Assembly (NCBI GenBank): GCA_037131105.1
Contig: JBAXRQ010000001.1
Span: 830,217 to 894,216 of the forward strand
Direction of reading: 5' to 3'
Length of the DNA stretch: 64,000 nucleotides
DNA from: a bacterium
GTDB taxonomy: Bacteria; Patescibacteriota; UBA1384; CAILIB01
Shown here: positions 23,155 through 33,185 of the stretch, piece by piece
How the letters are laid out: every line of letters starts with the position of its first letter
How positions within the stretch are numbered: position 1 is the stretch's first letter
Position numbers and translations under genes: made by a program
Notes under the pieces: generated by a model
What the model was told of the DNA's origin: nothing
Seen by the model: the letters and a program-made list of their open reading frames with translations, nothing else
Database searches by the model: none

Positions 23155-24704
23155 GCAGGTTCGATACGTGGGAAGAGAATCACCGCTTCAGCGCCCAGAG
23201 CAGCGCCAGGCTGCAGCCGGCCCCACACCGACCCTACTTCCATACTCTTCCAGCCTTCATCACCTTCGGTAGCGTAGACCGACTTAGCGATCCGCTCAGC
23301 AGTCTCAGGCATAGCCGGGGCAATCATGACAACTACATTACGCAGGATCTCTAACAGCTCGTACAGCAGCTCCTCCAGGTCGGTCTTCTTGTCGGGATCC
23401 TTGGCCAGTACCCAGGGCTTCAGCTCGTCGATGCGCTTATTACAAAAGACAAGTAAATTATGGGCCTGCCGCAATGCCTGGTCGATCTTCAGCTCACCCA
23501 CCAGCCGGTGGTATTCACGCCAGGCTTCTTCTACAATCACCCGCTCCAGATTGTCCACCTGCTCGGGCGTCACGTTCGGCACCTTCCCCTCGGTATACTT
23601 CTGGCACATGGTCCAGACTCGACTGGCCAGATTACCCAGGTCATTGGCCAGGTCGGCGGTGTAGACCTCAAGCACGCGGCTGGAGGTATAGTCGGACTCG
23701 CCGGTAGTCGAAACCTCCTTCAGGAGATACCAGCGAACCGGGTCGGTACCAAACCGTTCCATCTCAGGGAACGGATCTACTACATTTCCGATGCTCTTGC
23801 TCATCTTCTGCCCCTGGGAGGTAAGAAAATCATGCACCAAGAGGCGCTTTGGTAGAGTCAGACCAGCCGACAGCAGCATTCCGGGCCACAGCAAGGCATG
23901 GAACCGTTGAATATCCTTGCCGACGCAGTGCAGGTCAGCCGGCCAAAACTCACCTAGCTGGATAGTGCCGTCCACCACCGTACCAGAGCCGGTCAGGTAA
24001 TTAGTAAGCGCATCGAACCAGACATACATGACCTGGGAATCATCATCAGGCACCGGCACACCCCAAGCCAGCTTACTCTTCTCTCGGGAGATTGAGACAT
24101 CCTGCAGACCCTTCTGCTCGACGAAGTTCAACATCTCCTTGAGCCGGTTCTGTGGCACCACCTCGTAGGCGCCGCTCTTCAGCAGCTCGACGATCTGACC
24201 CTGGTACTTGGAAAGGGCGAAGAAGTAGTTCTCCTCGTCGATCATCTCGATAAACTCAGGATTAACGCCTAGCGTCTTGGGGTCGGCCACCTCATCTACC
24301 ATACCTAGAAACTCCTCTTCCTTGACGTTGTACCAGGCCCGGTAGCTCTTCTTGTAAATGTCGCCGTTTGCCGCACAAGCCCGCCAGAGCGCCTGAGACA
24401 TGGCGATATGGTCCTCGTCTCCGGTAGAGATAAACCGGTCGTGACTGAGGCCCAGCGTTCCTGCCAACGTCTCAAAAATACCTGACTTTTCCGCCACAAA
24501 CGCCTCGACACTCTGCCCGGTCTTTTCAGCAGCCCGTTGGATCTTCAGTCCATGCACATCAACGCCGGTAAGAAACTTCACTGGGAATCCCATCTGGCGA
24601 TAATAGCGGGCCAGGAAATCAGCCTGCACCAGTTCTAGCGCATACCCTATATGAGGTGCAGCGTTCGGGTAGGCAATCGACGTGGTGATGTAGTACGGCT
24701 TCAT
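23151..24704 (-). CDS. metG: Methionyl-tRNA synthetase (short form)
   Basis: HIGH-region variant (APHIGYALE) and KMSKS. 517 aa. Confidence 0.9.
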   Translation of the reverse strand: MKPYYITTSIAYPNAAPHIGYALELVQADFLARYYRQMGFPVKFLTGVDVHGLKIQRAAEKTGQSVEAFVAEKSGIFETLAGTLGLSHDRFISTGDEDHIAMSQALWRACAANGDIYKKSYRAWYNVKEEEFLGMVDEVADPKTLGVNPEFIEMIDEENYFFALSKYQGQIVELLKSGAYEVVPQNRLKEMLNFVEQKGLQDVSISREKSKLAWGVPVPDDDSQVMYVWFDALTNYLTGSGTVVDGTIQLGEFWPADLHCVGKDIQRFHALLWPGMLLSAGLTLPKRLLVHDFLTSQGQKMSKSIGNVVDPFPEMERFGTDPVRWYLLKEVSTTGESDYTSSRVLEVYTADLANDLGNLASRVWTMCQKYTEGKVPNVTPEQVDNLERVIVEEAWREYHRLVGELKIDQALRQAHNLLVFCNKRIDELKPWVLAKDPDKKTDLEELLYELLEILRNVVVMIAPAMPETAERIAKSVYATEGDEGWKSMEVGSVWGRLQPGAALGAEAVILFPRIEPA

Positions 24705-25417
24705 GGCTGTTCGTAATAGATGGCTAGGGTGATCTCTCCTTTGATGGTAGCACGCTTGGACAAGTCTGACATGACCTCCTCAGGCGTGCCCCGCATGATC
24801 TCCTCGTAGAGCTTGGTGAGTTCGCGGCCGAGGCAGACCTGCAGCGGCATTTCCCACGTCATAAGCTCCCCCAGCAGCTTCACTATCCGCTCAGGCGACT
24901 CATAGAACACCACCGTGTCGCAAACCCCACTCTCCAGGGCTCCCTTCAGCTTCCCCATGAGCGTCTGGTGTCCTTTTTTCTTTGGCAAAAATCCTACGAA
25001 CAACGGCCGCATGGACGGGAATCCCGCCACACTCAAAATGGCCGGCAGGGCGCTGGCGCCGGGAATAGGAACTACCGAATATCCCAATGCAACGACCCTC
25101 GACACAAGATAGTTTCCGGGGTCAGAAACACCTGGAGAACCGGCATCGCTGACGTAAGCGACCGATTCGCCCTGCTTGAGCTTAAATAAAATGTCAGTAA
25201 TGATACGCTCCAAAAGACCCCTGTCAGCCGCCTCCCGGTAAGACGAAACCGAACGCTTGATGCCGTGCCTCTGCAGCATCCCCTGGGTCACCCGAGTGTC
25301 CTCGGCATAGAGGTGATTCACCTCTCCCAACACCTTCAAACCACGCAGGGTAAGGTCCTGCAGATTCCCTATCGGGGTGGCGACTACGTACAATGTAGAC
25401 CCTACTATTTCATTCAT
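24701..25417 (-). CDS. rsmI: 16S rRNA (cytidine1402-2'-O)-methyltransferase
   Basis: Tetrapyrrole-methylase fold motifs. 238 aa. Confidence 0.8.
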   Translation of the reverse strand: MNEIVGSTLYVVATPIGNLQDLTLRGLKVLGEVNHLYAEDTRVTQGMLQRHGIKRSVSSYREAADRGLLERIITDILFKLKQGESVAYVSDAGSPGVSDPGNYLVSRVVALGYSVVPIPGASALPAILSVAGFPSMRPLFVGFLPKKKGHQTLMGKLKGALESGVCDTVVFYESPERIVKLLGELMTWEMPLQVCLGRELTKLYEEIMRGTPEEVMSDLSKRATIKGEITLAIYYEQP

Positions 25418-26367
25418 TTGAATGGGTTGTTATACAACGTAATCCAGTCTTCGACGGTCAGTTCCTGGGCCCGCACCATGTCTTTGAATCCCAGCGTCTT
25501 GAAATATACAGATACCTCGACAGTCGTAATTCCGAGGATTCCAGCCACAACATTCTTCAATTGTTTACGCGGCTGGATGAAGTAACGGTGCACGAACTTG
25601 AGGAAGTCAGCCTCCTCCGCCGCCGGCAGAGCCCGCTCAGTACGCAGGGCCAGGTGAATCACAGCAGAATTCACTGCGGGAGGCGGTACGAAGCAGCTTG
25701 GGGCCACATCCCGCACAAACCGCACCTCGGCATAATACTGGGCCAGAACCGAGAGATACCCCCGGCCCGGCTTGGCAGCCCCGGCCGCCAACCTTTCGCC
25801 GATTTCCTTCTGCACCAAGAGTGTAAGGGAAGACGGCAGCACCCCCACTCCTCCTTCGAGAAACAGCCTCAGCAAGGGGGTCGTAATGTTGTACGGGATA
25901 TTCGCTACTACCTTGTAGGTTTCCAGGCCTTCTAGGGCCTTGTGAGCAGTCCTCAAAACGTCTCCGCCGACCACCTCTAGCTCGGGTAGGTCATTAGCTA
26001 AAATAGCCTGCATGTGGGGATCGTATTCGAAGGCTATCACCCGCTTGGCAACGGGCAGCAGCCGGCGGCTTAGCACGCCCAAGCCAGGCCCCACCTCCAC
26101 CACGATATCGGTAGGCGTAAGCTCGGCCGCTTCCACCACCGAGTCCAATACTGATGCGTCCACCAAAAAATGCTGACCCAACTTTTTGTTGGACCAGGCC
26201 CCAGCGGCCTTGAGTCGGGCGCGTACGGATTCGGGGGTAAGCATCTCCATGCCACCCACCATACACGAAAGTACCCTGGTTGGACAGATTGGCATTGACT
26301 CTCCTGCCTCACTTTGGTACTCTTCCGAACAAGCTGTAGAACAGCCGGCCCTATAGAACGGGGTCAT
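25414..26367 (-). CDS. rsmA: 16S rRNA adenine dimethyltransferase
   Basis: KsgA motifs LGQHFL and VVEVGPG. The true start is probably an internal Met, since the track ORF carries an N-terminal extension. Confidence 0.85.
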   Translation of the reverse strand: MTPFYRAGCSTACSEEYQSEAGESMPICPTRVLSCMVGGMEMLTPESVRARLKAAGAWSNKKLGQHFLVDASVLDSVVEAAELTPTDIVVEVGPGLGVLSRRLLPVAKRVIAFEYDPHMQAILANDLPELEVVGGDVLRTAHKALEGLETYKVVANIPYNITTPLLRLFLEGGVGVLPSSLTLLVQKEIGERLAAGAAKPGRGYLSVLAQYYAEVRFVRDVAPSCFVPPPAVNSAVIHLALRTERALPAAEEADFLKFVHRYFIQPRKQLKNVVAGILGITTVEVSVYFKTLGFKDMVRAQELTVEDWITLYNNPFK

Positions 26368-26400
26368 TCCTCCCTATAGAACGGGGAACAGGAGTTTGAC

Positions 26401-27255
26401 ATGTCGGATAAGAAACAGAATGAGGCCATATATTTTGGCCTCGGAGATCGGATTTACAGGTGGGAGCACGGACAGTTTTCACAGCCAACTAGGGTGACCG
26501 AGAGACCTGATACCGTCACGGGATTACTACTGCTAGAGAACGGCGATATCCTCGACTCCTGCAGAGACGGATCAGTGCGCTCTACCCTGAACGAAACGAC
26601 GCGAATAGAGTATGGGGGCCACGTAACCGGTATCCACCTCATACCCCGCAGACTTCAGCACCTGAAAGAAAGCGCTTCCCTGCCTATTCTGACAGTGCTC
26701 AATGCAAGCGGCGCAATCTACATACTCACCGATCATATGGTTATTAGTGAGAACAAAGGCTGCCGCAGCGGACTCTCGCAAAGCCTTGCCACCAACGACC
26801 AGATCATTTGGACCGAGGGCGGCGACGTGTACTGGGGACCTGATAAGAAAACGCCGATGTATTCGCGGAAGCAGAACGGGAGCACCGACTTTGCCAAGAT
26901 CATTCTCTCACCTGACGGAGAGCTTTTCTTTCGCCTAGTGCCCTCCGGTAGTGGGGGTGCCGAAAAGAAACAGCTCCTCATCAATAAGGATGGTCGGACC
27001 CTCTGGGAGCATGACTACCACGAACAAGGTAAAATCGTCCTAGCCGGGTTTTATCAGTGGGATGGAGAGCCCCACTTCTTTTTCGCCACGGGCAAGACGC
27101 GCGGACCAGCAAGCTGGAATCTCTACACCATTCCCAGCTATAGGTTCGGGCGCCAAGATCCCACCCTGATTACCGACGTCATCGGCCCCAAGCCGACGCA
27201 GTACGGAATGCCAAACCCATTCGTGGCAGTACCCCTTCCCAGGCGCGACGACTGA
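26401..27255 (+). CDS. Hypothetical protein, possible beta-propeller-like repeats
   Basis: 284 aa, Gly/Trp/Asp-rich repeats, no signal peptide. Confidence 0.35.
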   Translation: MSDKKQNEAIYFGLGDRIYRWEHGQFSQPTRVTERPDTVTGLLLLENGDILDSCRDGSVRSTLNETTRIEYGGHVTGIHLIPRRLQHLKESASLPILTVLNASGAIYILTDHMVISENKGCRSGLSQSLATNDQIIWTEGGDVYWGPDKKTPMYSRKQNGSTDFAKIILSPDGELFFRLVPSGSGGAEKKQLLINKDGRTLWEHDYHEQGKIVLAGFYQWDGEPHFFFATGKTRGPASWNLYTIPSYRFGRQDPTLITDVIGPKPTQYGMPNPFVAVPLPRRDD

Positions 27256-27328
27256 AACAGGCGCGCTAAGTAGTAACAAAGTGCCCCGCCAGCAAGCTGG
27301 CGGGGCACTTCTGCTTATTGCTATGGAA

Positions 27329-27664
27329 TTAGGCCCCGCTCCCTAGCGCGTAGAGCTCCTTCAGATCACCGATCATCTCCTGTACCGCCGCGAAATGCTT
27401 GTCAGCCTCAAGCTTCTGCTGCTCCACATACGAGTACAGCTCCTGCGGCTCGGTGGCCCGGAACAATGGTCGCTTGCCCTGCTCTACCAGATCAAACAGC
27501 CCCTTACTTCCCAACGTCTGAGCTACGTGATACGCAGTACCCCGGTCAATCCCAGCCTTACGAGCCAGCACCTGCATACTAGCAGGGCCGATGCGCAGAC
27601 TAGTTAGATAGAACTTGGACTCCTTCTCGGTAAGTCCCAGCGTCTCCAGGGTATTGACGAACAT
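27329..27664 (-). CDS. TrmB-like winged-HTH DNA-binding protein (N-domain only)
   Basis: Aligns with the N-terminal HTH of the two TrmB paralogs at 45730 and 47128 (LGLTEKESKFYLTSL...IDRGTAYHV). Confidence 0.55.
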   Translation of the reverse strand: MFVNTLETLGLTEKESKFYLTSLRIGPASMQVLARKAGIDRGTAYHVAQTLGSKGLFDLVEQGKRPLFRATEPQELYSYVEQQKLEADKHFAAVQEMIGDLKELYALGSGA

Positions 27665-27675
27665 AGGGACCGCTC

Positions 27676-27963
27676 TTACTGGCTTTGTGTCCCTTTATTA
27701 TGGGCCGGCTGTTTGGCCTTGTCAACAGAGAAAGATCGGCTCTTTTTAGGCCAGCGCAGCCACTTCCCCCAGCTCCTAGGCAATACCCCAGGGAAGAAGC
27801 GAAATGTCACCCATAGCCCCACATAGACGATGAGTAGGGCAATTATCAGGGAGATACCCAGGTTTTCCAGGCGAGCAAGTAGGGTCATATATACCCATTG
27901 CACCACAGATCCGACACTCAGACAACCCACAAAGAACGATGCCCCACCGTAAAGGCAGGGCAT
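27676..27963 (-). CDS. Small two-TM membrane protein
   Basis: 95-aa hydrophobic ORF abutting its neighbours in an operon-like arrangement. Confidence 0.3.
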   Translation of the reverse strand: MPCLYGGASFFVGCLSVGSVVQWVYMTLLARLENLGISLIIALLIVYVGLWVTFRFFPGVLPRSWGKWLRWPKKSRSFSVDKAKQPAHNKGTQSQ

Positions 27964-28401
27964 CTACTCGATAGGCTCGACATGGGGTACCTGGATGATA
28001 ACGGTTATCAGCCAGTCACCGGCAATCAGCATCTCGATCCCTGCGCTCTGCCAGCGTCTGCTGTATGAGATGCAGTGCATGACTCCTGGCGGGATCTTTT
28101 TCAGCTTCAGGGGAAGCTTATGTCCTTCGACTTCTGGCACTCCCACCATAGAGAGCCTCTTGGGCGGAAAGGGCACCAGTGGGCGCTCCTTCCAGATGTC
28201 CCAGGCCTGTTTCAACCAGTGACCCCTCCATTTTCTAGTCACGTAACAGAGCGAACCTGGCAATACCTGCTCCCTATCCACCGTCAGCTTGGTACCCCCC
28301 TTTCCCTTCATATCGGTCCAGCAGAGTCTCTCTACCCATTTCACCACGTCCTCCTGCGTGAGCAACTGGTCTGACAGGCTTAGCTCTAGTGTGTCCATCA
28401 A
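27964..28401 (-). CDS. Hypothetical protein
   Basis: 145-aa ORF, start-to-stop contiguous with the 27676 ORF. Confidence 0.3.
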   Translation of the reverse strand: MMDTLELSLSDQLLTQEDVVKWVERLCWTDMKGKGGTKLTVDREQVLPGSLCYVTRKWRGHWLKQAWDIWKERPLVPFPPKRLSMVGVPEVEGHKLPLKLKKIPPGVMHCISYSRRWQSAGIEMLIAGDWLITVIIQVPHVEPIE

Positions 28402-28517
28402 GCCATCACCTCCTTATGCGCTTAGGATACACCTGCCCCGCCGAAGGGACAACGCATTGACATCTTCCAGGTTATATGGTATAAATCTGACGAGATTTAG
28501 TTTCAGGAGGAACAGAA

Positions 28518-29036
28518 ATGTGCCAAAAAGGTTTGACACTGCGAAGCAGTACCCATGCCGGCGGCAACGTCTTCGAAAGGGGCTGCTGGCTTACCACGAG
28601 CACCCAGTCCCTGAGGGACATGCTCAGCAGACTCACCGGCATGCCGGACAGCGGGGAGACGGTAAGACAGCTCCAGGAAGCCATCGAGAGGCGTCAGCCC
28701 TGGCAGGAAGAGGCGAGAACCCTGCTGGGACGGGTATTCATGGATAGACAGCGTCCTGGCGACTATTATGACGCAGAGAGTGGCGAACAACCGATACCGT
28801 TGCTTTTTTTGCTTCGGATCGAGTGCTCCCAGTCTGGCCTCAGTGACCTACTCGAGGATTTGATAAAGGAACGGACTGACGAAATCACTGGAGAGGTCCA
28901 GGCGGTGATCCAGAAAGGAAAGGAGACCGACCTCGATCTTCTGCTTGCTGACTGCGATTACTTCGGGCTATTTGCCGATGACGAAGAGCTCCGCGCCTTC
29001 ATCGCCACACAAGTACATCACGAGCACATGGAGTAA
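28518..29036 (+). CDS. Hypothetical acidic protein
   Basis: 172-aa ORF preceded by GGAGGAAC. Confidence 0.35.
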   Translation: MCQKGLTLRSSTHAGGNVFERGCWLTTSTQSLRDMLSRLTGMPDSGETVRQLQEAIERRQPWQEEARTLLGRVFMDRQRPGDYYDAESGEQPIPLLFLLRIECSQSGLSDLLEDLIKERTDEITGEVQAVIQKGKETDLDLLLADCDYFGLFADDEELRAFIATQVHHEHME

Positions 29037-29087
29037 TCTTGCGCTCAAACCAAGGAAAAGGCCGGCCCTGCGCCGAGCCTTTTTTCG

Positions 29088-30068
29088 TTAGTCCGCCTTT
29101 TCAATCTTCACCTTCACCACGCCCGAACCGATAGAAGCGATCTGGGCGAAGGCGTCCTTTGAAAGGTCAATAACGCGTCCGCCCACATACGGTCCCCGGT
29201 CTGCGATGGTCACTACTACGCTTTTGCCATTGGCCAGGTTGGTCACCAGTACCCTTGTCCCCTTAGGCAGGGTCAGATGGGCGGCGGTCATAGCCGGGAC
29301 TCCCCCGTACCAACTGGCGCCGCCAGTGCCGTACAGTACCACGTGAGTGCCACGGCGGACGATCTTGGCCACCGGATCCTTGGTAATCGAATTATCCAGC
29401 AGCTTACGCGACACCTCAACGCCGTTCTCCCGTCGCACCAGATAGGTCTTGGCCCGGGTGCCGTTCACACCAGCCTGCTCCACCACCTGGGTGCCCTTGT
29501 CCATGGTCGCGTCGTCCTTGTACTGAGTCTCGTAGTCCACCGAGCTCTTTACCACCAGCTGGGTCTCAGCCACCCTGGTAATAGTAACGACAACAGGAGA
29601 GTCCCCCACGGCAATCTTGGCATCCTGGCTTGGGTCAACCTGGTCCTTCTCGCCGATATCGACATTCTGCTCCTTCAGGACATCACCGACAGTGGCACCC
29701 CAGCTGCGCACCAGGGTCTGGCTATTCCCGTCATTGATCATTACCGGTTGGGCCCGGTAGACCTCAATATGGCTGCCCAGACCGAGTCCCGGCTCAGGGA
29801 AGGCATAGACCTTGTCCTCGGGATAGATCTTCACGCCGAGAGCGCTCAGCATGTCAGCCGATGACGTGTACAAAAAGCTCCCCTGATATTCTTCAGGAGA
29901 GCGGTCGGTGGGCTGCCCGGCAAAAGTGAGATCGGTACTTGAAGCGGCCTCGGCAACGTCAGCGGATACGAAATACCCCTTGGTCACCAGGCGATAGCCG
30001 GCGGCAAGCGTCACGACGAGGATGAGCAGGGCACCCAGGATAGCCGTTCGTCGATTGGTCATATGCAC
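29088..30068 (-). CDS. DUF348/G5/RlpA-like (DPBB) domain cell-wall protein (YabE/Rpf-like)
   Basis: TM anchor and a C-terminal double-psi beta-barrel segment (GGASWYG...[11 protein letters not shown]). Confidence 0.65.
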   Translation of the reverse strand: MHMTNRRTAILGALLILVVTLAAGYRLVTKGYFVSADVAEAASSTDLTFAGQPTDRSPEEYQGSFLYTSSADMLSALGVKIYPEDKVYAFPEPGLGLGSHIEVYRAQPVMINDGNSQTLVRSWGATVGDVLKEQNVDIGEKDQVDPSQDAKIAVGDSPVVVTITRVAETQLVVKSSVDYETQYKDDATMDKGTQVVEQAGVNGTRAKTYLVRRENGVEVSRKLLDNSITKDPVAKIVRRGTHVVLYGTGGASWYGGVPAMTAAHLTLPKGTRVLVTNLANGKSVVVTIADRGPYVGGRVIDLSKDAFAQIASIGSGVVKVKIEKAD

Positions 30069-30178
30069 TATTGTACGACGGGAAGGGCGCCCGTGTCCAC
30101 CGCCCCCCTATACGCAGAAGGAGCCGGGAACAAGTCCCGGCTCCAGCAATCTTCGCCTAAGCATAGTCGCACTTCCCA

Positions 30179-30406
30179 CTATGTCGACTGAATGGCTCGG
30201 CGATTGAGCAAACGGCGGCGCCTAGCCAACATTGCCTTGCGAGCCTTGAGATCGCAGTACGGGCAGGGCATATAGCCGGGTTCCCCGCCTGGAATCCTGT
30301 ACTCCTTAAGTCCGTGGCAAGTCTTGCACGGCGCCTTCTTCCTAGCTTTTCTCATTACATTCCTCCTCAAACCAAACTTCGTCCTACTCAGCCCTTCAGT
30401 TGACAC
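30179..30406 (-). CDS. Small basic zinc-ribbon protein
   Basis: CxxC...CxxC pair (CKTCHG...CPYC). The true start may be the internal MRKARKK. Confidence 0.35.
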   Translation of the reverse strand: MSTEGLSRTKFGLRRNVMRKARKKAPCKTCHGLKEYRIPGGEPGYMPCPYCDLKARKAMLARRRRLLNRRAIQST

Positions 30407-30454
30407 CGAATTGGGGCAACTATAGCAGTAGCCTGGAATCTGTCAATCAGTAAT

Positions 30455-32407
30455 TCAGATTTTTTCCCTCAGCTCCTCCGGTATCTCTTCAATGAACCGG
30501 GAGACGCTGTTACTCTGCATCAGCCCATACAGCCGCCGCTCGAAGGCGTATAGTAAGTACAGGCGGTCCTTGGCCCGGGTCATCGCCACGTAGGCCAGCC
30601 GCCGCTCCTCTTCCATCTCCTGCTTCTCCATCAGGCTACGGCTATGCGGGAAGATACCCTCCTCCATACCGGCCACAAACACCACCGGAAATTCCAGCCC
30701 CTTGGCGGCGTGCATAGTCATCAGGGTAATAGCCCCTTCGTGGCTCTCGTCGGCCAGCTTCTCCTGGCGCGACTCCACCTCCTGCACCAGGGCAACATTT
30801 TCCAGGAATTCTTCCAGGCTCTCAGCCCGTTCGGCCGCCGTCCGCAGTTCCCTGACGTTTTCCCAACGGCTCTCACCCTCAATGCTGCCGTCCAGCAGGT
30901 ACTCCTTGTAGCCCACCTTCTCGACCACGCAGTCGATCATGTCAGCCACTCCCTTGCCCTCGCAGCGCGCCTTGATCCCATCCAGCAAGTCGATAAATCC
31001 TGACACTTTCGGCGGCAATCCTCCCTTGTCGTTAAGGTCCAGGCCGCGCAGGCCTGACACCGTCTTGGCACCGATGCCCCGGGTGGGCACATTTACCACC
31101 CGCTCAAAGCTTACCCAGTCGTCCAGGTTATGCAGTAGTCGGAGATAGGCCAGCACGTCCTTGATCTCCTTCCGCTCATAGAACCGCACCCCGCCGACAA
31201 TCCGGTACGGGATATCGAAGCGCAGCATGGTCTCCTCAAGGCCGCGAGACTGGGCATTTGTCCGATATAAAATGACACAGTCGTCGTACGAGTGCACCCC
31301 CTTGGCGAATCCTCCCTTTACGAGCCCCTTTACTTCGCGAGCTATAAATTCGGATTCGTCCTTTTCGTTTAGACATTCTACAACGGTAATTGGCACGCCC
31401 ACCGGCCCCTCGGTCCAGAGCTTCTTGTCGCTCCTCTGCTCGTTCTTGGCAATGACCGCCTGGGCCGCATCAAGAATAGTTTGAGTAGAGCGATAGTTCT
31501 GCTCCAGCTTGATCACCGCCGCGTCAGGATAATCCCTCTCAAAGTCTAAAATATTTCGGAAATCAGCTCCTCTCCATGAATACACCGACTGCCAGTCATC
31601 CCCGATGACAAAGATATTGCCATGGCCTGCCGCCAATTGGCGGACCAACAGATACTGAGCCCGGTTGGTGTCCTGATACTCATCCACCATCACGTACTGG
31701 TAGCGCCCCTGGTACTGGGCCAGTATCTCAGGGTTCTGCTCGAACAGGTGCAGGGTCTTCAGCAGAATGTCGTCGAAGTCCATGGCATTGGCCTTGGTAA
31801 GCAGCGACTGGTACTTCTGGTAGACCAGGTGCACAGTCTGCTGCCAGGGCCCCATGGCAAACTGGCCGTATTGGCTAGGGGTCAGCATCTCGGTCTTAGC
31901 CCCGGAGATCTGAGAACGAATGGCGTGGGGGTTGTACTGCTTGGTATCCACCTTAAGCTCATCCATGGCCCGCTTCACCGCGGTCAGGGCATCACTCTCA
32001 TCAAAGATGACGAATGAGGAGGTCAGACCCAGCGCCACCTTGTTCAGCTCCCGCCGCAAGATACGGACGCAGACCGAATGGAACGTCCCCAACCACGGAA
32101 GGTTCAGATGAGCCGGATCGTCCACCCCCAATAACCTCCCAATCCTCTCCCGCATCTCACCGGCCGCCTTGTTGGTAAAGGTGACGCAGAGGATATTGAA
32201 GGGACTTACCTTCTTCTCACGCAACAGGTAGGCGAACCTGTGGGTCAATGCCTTGGTCTTGCCGCTGCCGGCTCCCGCCAAAATGAGGACCGGACCCTCG
32301 GTGGTGAGAACGGCCAGCTGCTGCTCGGCATTCAGGTTAGTGAGAAGCTCAGAAGTAGGTATAGGCATAGCCTTCCCACCATACAAGAAAGACCCCAAAA
32401 GGGGCAA
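30455..32407 (-). CDS. pcrA: UvrD/PcrA family ATP-dependent DNA helicase
   Basis: Walker A AGAGSGKT and SF1 motifs. 650 aa, with a short C-terminus. Confidence 0.85.
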   Translation of the reverse strand: MPLLGSFLYGGKAMPIPTSELLTNLNAEQQLAVLTTEGPVLILAGAGSGKTKALTHRFAYLLREKKVSPFNILCVTFTNKAAGEMRERIGRLLGVDDPAHLNLPWLGTFHSVCVRILRRELNKVALGLTSSFVIFDESDALTAVKRAMDELKVDTKQYNPHAIRSQISGAKTEMLTPSQYGQFAMGPWQQTVHLVYQKYQSLLTKANAMDFDDILLKTLHLFEQNPEILAQYQGRYQYVMVDEYQDTNRAQYLLVRQLAAGHGNIFVIGDDWQSVYSWRGADFRNILDFERDYPDAAVIKLEQNYRSTQTILDAAQAVIAKNEQRSDKKLWTEGPVGVPITVVECLNEKDESEFIAREVKGLVKGGFAKGVHSYDDCVILYRTNAQSRGLEETMLRFDIPYRIVGGVRFYERKEIKDVLAYLRLLHNLDDWVSFERVVNVPTRGIGAKTVSGLRGLDLNDKGGLPPKVSGFIDLLDGIKARCEGKGVADMIDCVVEKVGYKEYLLDGSIEGESRWENVRELRTAAERAESLEEFLENVALVQEVESRQEKLADESHEGAITLMTMHAAKGLEFPVVFVAGMEEGIFPHSRSLMEKQEMEEERRLAYVAMTRAKDRLYLLYAFERRLYGLMQSNSVSRFIEEIPEELREKI

Positions 32408-32412
32408 CCGAA

Positions 32413-32805
32413 CTACGGCTGTAGCCGAGTAACCCCCTTAAGCTTATCGAAGTCCTTGTCCCAGGAGTAAACAGGAATTTTTTCGTGAAGTGATAGTGCC
32501 GCTAGATACGCATCTACATAATCTATCGAACGACTACCAAAAAGCTCAAGAGCTGCATCGAGTAGCCTTAGATTCCCTTTCAGGGAAGGCGTCTCCAGAA
32601 GCAGTCGCAGTTGCCGCGCGAGGATCTTGCGCTCAACCTTGTAGTGGGACGAGAGCGTCCACACCACTTCGGCTAATACCGTATCAGGCAGCACAAGCTG
32701 AACGTCAGTCCTACTGAAAAGCTTCCATGCCGCCTCACTCTGAACCCTATTGTTCACGACCAGAAACCTGATCACCACATTAGAATCGAGCAGGGCAGCC
32801 GTCAT
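32413..32805 (-). CDS. vapC: PIN-domain toxin VapC
   Basis: 130 aa with N-terminal LLDSNVVI and conserved acidic residues. Overlaps the upstream antitoxin ORF. Confidence 0.75.
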   Translation of the reverse strand: MTAALLDSNVVIRFLVVNNRVQSEAAWKLFSRTDVQLVLPDTVLAEVVWTLSSHYKVERKILARQLRLLLETPSLKGNLRLLDAALELFGSRSIDYVDAYLAALSLHEKIPVYSWDKDFDKLKGVTRLQP

Positions 32806-33152
32806 TGCTTTCGACGTTTCTTTTCACGATCACTGACATGTGCAGCCAATGAAGCTTGGATATCCTCTTTCTTATCAGAGACCACGACAGCGAAAGGCGT
32901 TAGAGAGCCAAAGAGCTCATCCACCCTATCTTGCACAGGACGAATAAAAGCATGGCCATTTTCCCAGCCAATTTCAACCTGTTGGCCAGGCAATACCCCG
33001 AGATGGTTCCGCACCGACTTCGGTATGGTAACCTGGCCCTTGCTTGTGATAGAAGTAATACCTGATTTCATAGTATTACCGTATATCATATTCCTTACTT
33101 TTTCAAGTTTTTTTTCAGACAAACCGCTGTTTGCCCGGCCGAGAGCACCCAT
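32802..33152 (-). CDS. vapB: AbrB/SpoVT-type antitoxin VapB
   Basis: SpoVT/AbrB swapped-hairpin motif (ITSKGQVTIPKSVR). Overlaps vapC by 4 nt. The start is probably an internal Met. Confidence 0.65.
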   Translation of the reverse strand: MGALGRANSGLSEKKLEKVRNMIYGNTMKSGITSITSKGQVTIPKSVRNHLGVLPGQQVEIGWENGHAFIRPVQDRVDELFGSLTPFAVVVSDKKEDIQASLAAHVSDREKKRRKQ

Positions 33153-33185
33153 GGTACAGTCAGTCCATACTAGTCAGAACACCAG

